Shown: positions 50,133 through 59,400 of the stretch, in pieces
How the letters are laid out: each line of letters opens with the position of its first letter
How positions within the stretch are numbered: position 1 is the first letter of the stretch
From: a virus
Virus record (IMG/VR): IMGVR_UViG_3300020171_000004
Coordinates: 1 to 64,000 of that record
Length of the DNA stretch: 64,000 nucleotides
Direction: 5' to 3' (one strand)
Notes under the pieces: model-generated
What the model was told of the DNA's origin: nothing
The model's input: only the letters and a program-made list of their open reading frames with translations
Database searches by the model: none
Position numbers and translations under genes: made by a program

Positions 50133-51134
50133 ATGAATATCTCTAATCAAGAATTCTTAAGTGCAATCTTTGGATCTGATTTTATCTGGGCGCATGTAAC
50201 AGATTTCTTTCATGATCCAGGTGAAGGCTTTATTGATGAAAGCAAACAGGCTTGGCTAGGAAATCATTATGTAAATATAGAACTTCGAGATCAAGCAAAT
50301 CAATACTTTACAATTAGTTTGTTTAATGAAACAGATCAAGGAGCTAGGCGAAGAAAGGAACTTTTCAAATCAACTCACTGCATAGTAGTAGATGATGTTG
50401 GTGAAAAGATTCCAATTGATCTCATGCTTGATAAGCCTGCACCTAGTTGGATATTAGAAACAAGTCCAGGCTCTCAGCAATGGGGATATATCTTGACCGA
50501 GCCATGCAAGGAACGAGCAATAGTAGAGAACTTGCTGACTGGTCTTGTTCATAAGATTTGCCCTGATGGAGTTGATTCAGGAATGCTTGGTGTTACTCGA
50601 TATGTTCGGTTACCTGAAGGTTATAATACCAAGGCAAGTAAAGTTGCTAAGAACAATGGCAAGATTTTCAAATGCAAAATGATTATTTGGCAGCCAGAAG
50701 TGAAGATCAGTATTACTGACTTAGCTGATGCATTTGATGTTGATTTAACTAAATCATGCAAATATAAACTTTCTAGTGATTATGAATTTCTTGAAGATCA
50801 TTATGCAGCAAAGCATCCTGCTTGGCAAAAGATTGAAATCAAAAGCATCTTGAATGAAGGGCATTATGATGTTAGTTGTCCTTGGTCTGATGAACATACT
50901 GATCCATCAGATGATAGAGCTACAGTTTTTATTCTTGCTGACGGTTATATGAGTTTTAAATGTCATCATGGGCATTGCATTAATAAAACTGGTAAAGATC
51001 TTTTAGAATATTCTCGTGAACAGATAAGCGATTTTGATGCTCTTTATCTTGAATATAGAAATGAGTTATCAAGATTAAATCCAATTAAACCATGTCCAAT
51101 TAAGTTTAAAGAAAAATTATGTATGAAAGGTTGA
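50133..51134 (+). CDS. Archaeo-eukaryotic-type primase-polymerase with a Zn-binding C-terminus
   Basis: DxD motif CIVVDDVGE, TSPGSQQWGY, and VTRYVRLPEGYNTK (the R.PG..N.K motif of prim-pol proteins). Also CPWSDEHTDPSDD...FKCHHGHC. Confidence 0.7.
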   Translation: MNISNQEFLSAIFGSDFIWAHVTDFFHDPGEGFIDESKQAWLGNHYVNIELRDQANQYFTISLFNETDQGARRRKELFKSTHCIVVDDVGEKIPIDLMLDKPAPSWILETSPGSQQWGYILTEPCKERAIVENLLTGLVHKICPDGVDSGMLGVTRYVRLPEGYNTKASKVAKNNGKIFKCKMIIWQPEVKISITDLADAFDVDLTKSCKYKLSSDYEFLEDHYAAKHPAWQKIEIKSILNEGHYDVSCPWSDEHTDPSDDRATVFILADGYMSFKCHHGHCINKTGKDLLEYSREQISDFDALYLEYRNELSRLNPIKPCPIKFKEKLCMKG

Positions 51135-51493
51135 TAGAATTAGGAAATAAATTAAAAGCTGAAGGTAGAGAAGATGATGCATGTCTTGTTTTTGATGCTG
51201 CAATTAAATGTATTTCTAAATCAACAAAATTGAAAAGTGAAATAGGTAATAAATATGGTTTGCTTACAGTTATTTCAAGAGCAGAAAATATAAAAGGACG
51301 TACTAGATGGAATTGTCAATGTGACTGTGGAAAAAGTAAAGACTCTGTTTCAGCAAGGTCATTAAGAACAGGAAATACAATTTCATGTGGTTGTCAACAT
51401 AATGGACGTAAAGCAAGCAGTATGACTTCACCTAAAATAAAAGCTCAAAGAAAGAAATACTATAAAGAATATAAAATGTTGGATATTAAATAA
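51119..51493 (+). CDS. Cys-rich putative DNA-binding protein, 124 aa
   Basis: WNCQCDCGK...ISCGC pattern. Confidence 0.4.
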   Translation: MYERLIELGNKLKAEGREDDACLVFDAAIKCISKSTKLKSEIGNKYGLLTVISRAENIKGRTRWNCQCDCGKSKDSVSARSLRTGNTISCGCQHNGRKASSMTSPKIKAQRKKYYKEYKMLDIK

Positions 51494-51819
51494 TGAGACT
51501 TGTAATCTTAGAAAGCCCATACGCTGGAGATATTCTTAGAAACATTCAATATGCAAGACGTTGTGTTATGGATAGTTTGCTTCGCGGTGAAGCTCCAATA
51601 GCAAGTCATTTGCTTTATACTCAAAATAGTATATTAAATGATGATCTGCCAGCAGAACGTCAGCTTGGTATTAATGCTGGACTTGCATGGAAAACTGTCG
51701 CTGAAGCAACTGTAGTGTATGCTGATTTAGGAATAACTAAAGGTATGCAGTATGGAATTGATCAGGCTAAAGAGCAAGGTCTTGAAATAGAAATTAGATA
51801 CTTATTTAAAAAGGAGTAA
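51493..51819 (+). CDS. Conserved phage protein, possibly nucleoside 2-deoxyribosyltransferase-like, 108 aa
   Basis: LVILESPYAGD...NIQYARRC...RGEAPIASHLLY pattern. The functional assignment is weak. Confidence 0.35.
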   Translation: MRLVILESPYAGDILRNIQYARRCVMDSLLRGEAPIASHLLYTQNSILNDDLPAERQLGINAGLAWKTVAEATVVYADLGITKGMQYGIDQAKEQGLEIEIRYLFKKE

Positions 51820-51821
51820 AC

Positions 51822-52343
51822 ATGAAATACTATCTTGACACAGAATTTATTGAATATCCAAATACAATTAATCTTATTTCTATAGGGATTAAATGTGAAG
51901 ATGGAAGAACTTTCTATGCTGAATCAAATCAATTTGATATTAATAAAGCAAATGATTGGGTAAAAGAAAATGTTATAGTTAATCTTTTACATCAGAATAA
52001 AAAACCTTTTATTGATCGAACGGATTTTGATTGTGATTATCCAAATTCTTTTGTAATGTTTTCAAACAATAAAAGAATTGCTGATATAATTAAAATGTTT
52101 ATTGGTGATGATATCCCTGAATTTTGGGGTTATTATGCTGATTATGATTGGGTAGTATTTTGTTGGTTATTTGGTTCTATGATTAATCTTCCCGAAGGTT
52201 GGCCAATGTATTGTAAAGATCTCAAGCAGTTATTAGATGAAACTGGAAAAGAGAAAATTCCTGATCCTTTAAATGCACATAATGCTTTAGCAGATGCTAT
52301 TTGGAATGAGAAATTACATCAACATCTTTTATATGGAGAATAA
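51822..52343 (+). CDS. DEDD-family 3'-5' exo(ribo)nuclease, 173 aa
   Basis: YLDTEFIE, YYADYDWVVF, and HNALADAIW motifs. Confidence 0.65.
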   Translation: MKYYLDTEFIEYPNTINLISIGIKCEDGRTFYAESNQFDINKANDWVKENVIVNLLHQNKKPFIDRTDFDCDYPNSFVMFSNNKRIADIIKMFIGDDIPEFWGYYADYDWVVFCWLFGSMINLPEGWPMYCKDLKQLLDETGKEKIPDPLNAHNALADAIWNEKLHQHLLYGE

Positions 52344-52345
52344 AA

Positions 52346-52948
52346 ATGACAATAGATCCAATTGAAAATGAACTTGATTATCCATCAACTAAAGAAGAAA
52401 CTTTATGGTATTTAGGTAAAGTAATAGTTAAAAAACATACTGATCTTGAAGAAGCCAGAGCATGTCTTGAATCAACTATGGGTTCTGGATTTAGCAGCAC
52501 TGCAACATTAAGACAGATTTATGGTTGGGAACATTCAATTACTAGATCACAGATGTTTTCTGTACAATTAATTGATATACCAACTTTTGTATCAGTTCAC
52601 TTAGTTCGTCATGTTACTACAGTTCCTTTTGTAAGATCTAAAAGGATTGATCGGGATGGTGATGGAACTGAGAATCGTTATACTCCTGTTAATCATAGAT
52701 TCCTTGCTAATGCTGAAGCACTAATTAATATGGCCAGACGTAGACTATGCTATCAAGCATCACCAGAAACACGTGAAGTAATGATAAGGATTAAAGAAGC
52801 CATTCGTGAGATTGATCCAGATCTTGCTTATTATATGGTTCCTAATTGTGTATATCGTGGCGGTATATGTCCTGAACCAAAACCATGCGGTAATTATAAG
52901 ATCAGGCGATTTTTAGGTGAGGATGATGAGAAGAATATGAAAAAATAG
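52346..52948 (+). CDS. ThyX-like (flavin-dependent thymidylate synthase fold) protein with a divergent signature
   Basis: WEHSITRSQMFSVQLIDIPTFVSVHLVRHVTTVPFVRSKR and RRRLCYQASPETREV parallel ThyX FEH..FTF...FVARQW.RHR..S...S.RY and R....AQWEI. However, RHRxxS is RHVTTV here. Confidence 0.5.
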   Translation: MTIDPIENELDYPSTKEETLWYLGKVIVKKHTDLEEARACLESTMGSGFSSTATLRQIYGWEHSITRSQMFSVQLIDIPTFVSVHLVRHVTTVPFVRSKRIDRDGDGTENRYTPVNHRFLANAEALINMARRRLCYQASPETREVMIRIKEAIREIDPDLAYYMVPNCVYRGGICPEPKPCGNYKIRRFLGEDDEKNMKK

Positions 52949-52957
52949 GAGATAATT

Positions 52958-53218
52958 ATGGAAATAATTAATGCAAATATTTCTGCAGATCTTTGTGAAA
53001 CATCACTTGAAGAAGGTTTATTTAGGTTACAAAGTGTGGATAAAAATAAAGTATTTTTAATAGCCGCAATTGATTATAAGTTTTTTGATTTATTTCAACT
53101 TACTGAGAAAATGAATTTTCCAATCGCTAATATAGATACTTCTCAAGCATTAACTTATGCATCTTGGTTGTTAATAGATTATTCAGTTAATAAAATATAT
53201 TATTCTGAAGGTGCTTAA
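52958..53218 (+). CDS. Hypothetical protein, 86 aa
   Basis: An intact ATG ORF with a GGAG RBS. Confidence 0.4.
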   Translation: MEIINANISADLCETSLEEGLFRLQSVDKNKVFLIAAIDYKFFDLFQLTEKMNFPIANIDTSQALTYASWLLIDYSVNKIYYSEGA

Positions 53219-53220
53219 AA

Positions 53221-53406
53221 ATGAATTGTTTTAATGCAGTATATGAAGTATATTATTATGATGAATATACTAAACAAGATAAACATATTTATCAATGTGA
53301 AAAACATTTTTTAAGATGGAAAATATTTGCATCTTCTCATGATATACCAATAAGATATAATTTATGTAATAAAAATATTTTATGTGTAGATTGTACTAGA
53401 TTATAA
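53221..53406 (+). CDS. Hypothetical protein, 61 aa (last plus-strand gene)
   Basis: An intact ATG ORF containing Cys residues. Confidence 0.4.
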   Translation: MNCFNAVYEVYYYDEYTKQDKHIYQCEKHFLRWKIFASSHDIPIRYNLCNKNILCVDCTRL

Positions 53407-53481
53407 AAGATAAATAAAGTATTAAAAATAAATAGTGGTGGGGCATGGATTTCTTCACACCCCCCCATATTAGTTTATTTT

Positions 53482-56400
53482 TTATTGCATTGCTTCTGCA
53501 ACTTCAAGATACCTTTGCAGAATTTGTTCACGCTGTGCCTTGAGTTGTCCAAGTCTAGTCTGAACATTTTCTGTAGATGGTATCTTTTCCAACTTGTTTA
53601 TCACTGCTTTATTCCTATTCAATGCTGATTGAAAATTCTCTTGTAACTTTGATTGCTTAAATCGATCAAGATTTGATTCAATGAAAAGTCGCTTATCATC
53701 AGAATTTTCAAGTTGTTTCTTAAACAATCTTGCATCCTTGCTAGCATCTGCAAATTCCTTTGCTGCAATAGATTGTTTATTTTCTGCTCCACGCCCGAAG
53801 TGCCAATAGTAAAGTTTACCAACTCCAGGAATCGAATCAATGATTCTTGCATGATCAAACTTACTTGTATCACCTGAGATATAATTATTGTAAGTTTCAT
53901 TTACATCTTTGCTTGCAGCATTGATGAATTTCATTGGAGGTAAAATCATCTGACTAGTTGCAGACCCAATACCATCTTTAGTTACTTGCATCCGCATAAA
54001 TCTTGAAGCACCACCTATTGTTAAGAAATTCTCAATTACATGATCAGAGAACTTTGATTCTTTACCCATCAGGAAGTCTTTAAGTTCATCTGCACCAGCA
54101 TTAGCAATCGTCAACAATGCCATCAGTTGAACCATGTTTGTTAGTCCCTGAAGTTTTTGCTGAGGATTATCAGACTTAAGGTTATGCACAACCTCTTTTC
54201 TAAATACATCAAACTGCTTCAAAGTGTATGTTTTGAGCATATAGAATACTCGACCATTTCCAGAATTGAGATAAAACTCAGGCATCTCAGAAAGAGCAAC
54301 TGGCTGAAAGTCAAGCAGTCTAGAATAAAGCAACATCTTAACATTGTCAGATGGATTTCCTGATAAGATTTCCTGGACAACATCAGTTGATTTGCTACCA
54401 AATGTTGGCTTGATCTGCCTATCCAGTGCTTCAGGATTTGCTTTTGCTTGAGCTTTGAATTGATCTAAAGCATTATTAATCAAGACCTCTTTACCTATTG
54501 AATCTATCTTTTCTAGTCCAACAAACTTAAATACCTTACTAACTCCTTTACTTAATGTTGTTCCATCAGCAAACTCCTGGGCGATACGCTCAATTCCTAA
54601 ATCCTCTTTAGTTACATCTGACTTATTTATTATTGCTTTAGCAAGATTCTTACCTGTGCTAAGGAATCCATTTGGTGTCCATACTTTACCAACATACATT
54701 GCCCATGCTAAGTCACCAATCTGCGTGATAGCTGACATAGGACTACCCATAGTATCAATGTAAGAAAAGTTTTTATAAGCATTAATTATGCCATGAGTAC
54801 CTTGTTCATGAAATCTTGCATCAAGAATATCACGAACTGTCTTTTCATCTTTCTTTTGAATCCTTCCTTCAGTCATCATCCTGTCAATATAACTACCAAT
54901 GTTTTCAGTATAATTATTGGTATGTTTATACTCATTCAGCTTTTCATCAATGATGGTAATGTTTTCATTTAATGTACTGATTCGATCTTCAAAATCCATC
55001 AGTCTTTCAGGATTCTCAGCACGAGCCATATCAGCAAGCATATTAAGTTTTATCAACTCAGCTTGTTTTTGTTTCTTTGATGATTTCAATCCACTGATTC
55101 TCTCAGGAACCTTACCAAAGAATTTTCTTGCCTCAATCTTCTTAGTCATACTATAAACATACTGCATCAATGCTGCATCAGCGTCCATATAAAATGGTGC
55201 ATACTCTTTTGGAATAGTCTCAAATACACGAGATTGAATATTACCAGGTCCACCAATTCCTCGATGATTTCCAAGAATTAAATTACTTATGATGTCTGCT
55301 TTGACTTCAGGAAAATCGCGCTCAAATTGTTCTTGAGTTAATCCAAGTTTCTTTGCCTGTGCCCTGATCGCTTCAGTAAACATAGGCCGCTGAGAAATTT
55401 CTTGCGTTGCTTGCAGAAATCCCTCCTGGTCTTTAATAACACGTGGCCAATACTCTTCAATAAAGTTTACATCATAACCAACTGTGATAGCATCTTTACG
55501 AAGTTGATTTAGTTTCTCACGAAGAGCAACAAGCTGATCAGTAAGATTGTACTTTTGTGCTAGCTGCTCGATCTTACCTTTATCAGAGTTAAGCCTTGCC
55601 CAATTCCACTCAACTTGTTCATCTGCTGTCATACCACCTTGACGGATGCCTAAAGCATTCTTAGCTCCATTAGTTGCATCAAGGATTGGTTTAGCTACCT
55701 TCAATACATCAATGATCTTCTGACTTGTTTTAAAATCAAGCCATCTCAGGTGTTCACTTAATTCTGGATCAACATTTTTAAGCCTTGTTGATATTGATCC
55801 TAATGCCTTATCAGCAAGAAGTTTGATTTCATGAACTTTTATTCTTGCTTGTTGTGCATAGTTTTGCAAGAGGTTATTCTTTTCTGATTTCAATGCTTCA
55901 TAATCTACCTGTAGAATCTTTTGCTCAGCAACTTGAAACATTGAGAAACTATCAGTAGTTTTATCAGTGATTGGAAGATAAGATATCATCATAGGCATAG
56001 CAATAGTGATATCAGTACCTTGATAACGCATAATATCAGATATTTTTTCAGCAATTTTATTACCTATAAAAATCATTCTACCATCATCAAAAGTATTTAA
56101 TGCCTCTTCTTTAGATATTTTTACATCTTCATTAATATTACTTTCAATTGATTCAAGTTTCCCATTCCCATAAGATTCAAGCATGGCCGGAATAGTCTTA
56201 TCATATAAGGTCTTGAGTCCTTCGCCACCAACCTTTAAATCAAGGCCAGAATATGTACCTCCGTTATCAGTTATTATCTTCTTTGCAAGTTCTTTTCCTA
56301 TATGACTTTCTAAAGCATCAGCTGATACATCACCAGAGTAAACTGGATTTCCATCTTTTCCATCAACCTCTAAATAGAATTTACCATTATTTAATGCTTT

Positions 56401-59400
56401 TGCATTTATAGAGTCTACCTGATTCTCCAACGAGTACCTATCCGCCTGAGTCTCACCAGCAGTCATTCCAGGCCTAGTAACTAATGATACACCATCAAAT
56501 CCATTCTCTTTAGCATAAGCAAGAACTCGCTTGATACCAAGCTGATAGATATTCTCTTTCAAGTGCTTTGGCATCTTAGCTTGATTGTCTGATAATGGTC
56601 CTTGCATTTCTTCAATGCGAAGAATTCGCTTACCGTCTGCATTGATTTCGTTGAAACGAATACGGACGATTGGATTCTTGATATCTGAGTATTGAGAGTG
56701 GCCATCCCCCCAGTGATTCTCAAATTCCATACTACGAATATCGTTCACCTCATTGTGGAGCTTCAAAAACTTTTTTACTGCTTCCTTAGATGTTCCCCCG
56801 GTCTTTATGGGTTTACTTTCATAGCCGTTTTCAACAACCCAAAAAATGCCATTCTTGTCTAAGACACTATACCCTTCTGGGAGAGACTTAATTGTGCTCT
56901 GGTTTTTCCCATGAGCCGTGATAAACATCTCCCTGTAGCTGCCATCGACTGCGCCTGGTTCGGTATATTGGGAGAAGTGGGTTTTCTTTCCATCAATAAC
57001 CTTCTGCATAGCTGATTTAAGTTCCCAATACCTACCATGTTCTTCTGGAGTCATTCTCATTTCATCAATGATATATTTCCTGTCTAAAGATCTGAATTCT
57101 TCTTGATTTTTTAAAGATAAGTTCTTTTCATCGCTTAATACTACATCATCTAATTCAACCATATTTGCTTTGACAAAGTTACTCAATTCTTCTTTAGTAA
57201 CTATATCAGTAGGTTTCTTAGCAGCTAACCATTCTTGCAGGCCAATAGCTTGAATCTCTTGATAAGGTCTTTGCTCATTAGTATTTTTCAGTTTACTTTT
57301 CAGGTATGGAATAACTTTCTGTGCTTTAAGTTCTGCAGGAAAATCATTAAACACTGCACTCTGAAGTCTTGAATAAAATGCCTGAGCAACTTGCATTAAT
57401 TCTTTTCCTTCAAGTGTTTGATTAGCTGCCAGTCGCTCATAAATCTTTCCAGTTTCTACTTCACGAGCTAAGCCTGAAACTGTTTGTTGACCAAAGCTCA
57501 GCATCTGCTGAAAGAAATCCATGATCCGCTGAATAGTCTTACCGAAAGTAGTATTTCGGTATGATTCTCGATTCACCATGATCTGCGCGAAAGTGTTTGC
57601 TCGATTCTCAACCATTCGCTGCTTAGCATCTTCATGAGTACTGAGTGCAAATTCAAGCTTGTTAGCTTTGCGAAGTTTATTAAATTCTGCATTTAAAGCT
57701 GAATCATCTGCAGGAGTTATCATCCCAAGATTATCAAGCACATGCTTGTTCTCATGCCAAAGAGTCTTGTTATCTGCAAAGTTTTCATCAAGAAGAATGT
57801 CTGAGCCAATAGTAATACCAAGGATTTTTCCTGCTTTTGACATCTGACCAGTTTCAATTGCCAACTTAACAAAGCCTTGACCAGCAGTTTGAATACTTTT
57901 GATTGTTAATCCTTGACCATTTTTAAACTTAACTGAGACATTTCCATCAGCATCTTGAATTATTTCTTGATTTGGAAAAGCTTTTTTAATATCTTCAAGA
58001 TTGACTTTACTTAAGCCTTCTTGATTTTCAGTTGATTGAAATTGTGTCTGTCCTTCAACAGTATGAATATTTTTTGCATCAAAAACATTAATCTCAAAAG
58101 CAGCAGCTAAAGATTTCCCATCAATAACTGCATCATATCCAGCAGCCTTAAATGCTTCAGTAGCTTTAAAACCATCTGCTTTATTTAAGATACTAGACTT
58201 ACCTAAAGCATCTTGAAGTAACTGCTTATATTCAGGAGAATTTTTATATAAAGGATTTTTAAAACTAAACCTTGCTTCAGCTATACGTCCAGGTTTACCT
58301 GTAGTATTTTCTGCTGCATCAGCATATCCTTCAGCATAATCTTTCTTTACAGTAAAATAATGCCCTGCACCAGACCAGCCATGTTCAAATGATTGTATCT
58401 TAGCATTATCAAAAGAATCAAAAGGTTCTGCAGATGTTCCATGAAAACCAGTTAATTCTTGTCCTGCTTCATTTTTAGTATAACCTTCAGCTACTTGAAA
58501 CTGTGGAGCAAATCCACCAGTCTCTGCATTAGCTTCTGGTGATGTATATTGAGGCCTGTTTTGTTTATTCCATTGATCTTGCAACAAACCATTTTCTGTG
58601 TAAAGCGAAGCACTTTCTTGCTGAAGAACTGCTAACTCATTTGGATCAGTAGTCGTAGCTATCTGATCAGCCAAAGCAGCAGATTGTTGTTCATTTACAT
58701 TTAACTGCTCTTCCAACTCTTTGATAGAAGGAACTTGTTCACCTACACCGACTTGTCCGGTGGGCGCAAATTGCTGTTCATTTGTGAACGAACTTGCCAC
58801 ACTTGAAGCAAGTCCTTTTTGGTTTTCTGGAACTGCTGGATCATATGTTTTATAAAGATCATCAATGCGTTTCTGCACCAGACGATTTGTAACATCTTGA
58901 GGATTATCAAACAGCCATCCACGCTGAGGTTCTGGTTTAGCATTTTTGCGCTGATTATATTCAAGTGATATTTGCCTTTGAACTGCTACATCAATCTCAT
59001 CTTTGCTCATACCTGATGCAATAGAATTATGAATCCATCCATCAACTTTAGCTTCATCTACATTGCCTGGAGCAGAAGGATTATATGTATCATATTGCTT
59101 GTTTATTTCATTGCCAATAAACCTATTATTAACAGTTGAGTTATCATCATATGCCCAACCTCTAACAGGAGTATTCTTCTTTTGATTATAATCCAATGCT
59201 GCTTGTCGCTGCTTTGCATAATCATTAAGTCCTTGATCTTCTTGAGGAACTTCTTTCTGCATCCATCCAGCATTTAACTTATTTGATAATTGTACTGGTC
59301 TATTGCCTTCAGTTGGAAATACAAATTCATTACTTCTTCCATGACCTCTTGCAGCATGTCTACCAATCAATTCTGCGGGAATAGTAACTTCAGTAACAGC

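Noticed and set aside
53435-53481. A bidirectional terminator between the convergent plus-strand and minus-strand blocks.
   Set aside because: Only a G4/C4-7 pairing with a loop of about 17 nt can be drawn (ggtggggc...cacccccccat). The arms are not true reverse complements. A terminator is likely here, but I cannot define one from the sequence.
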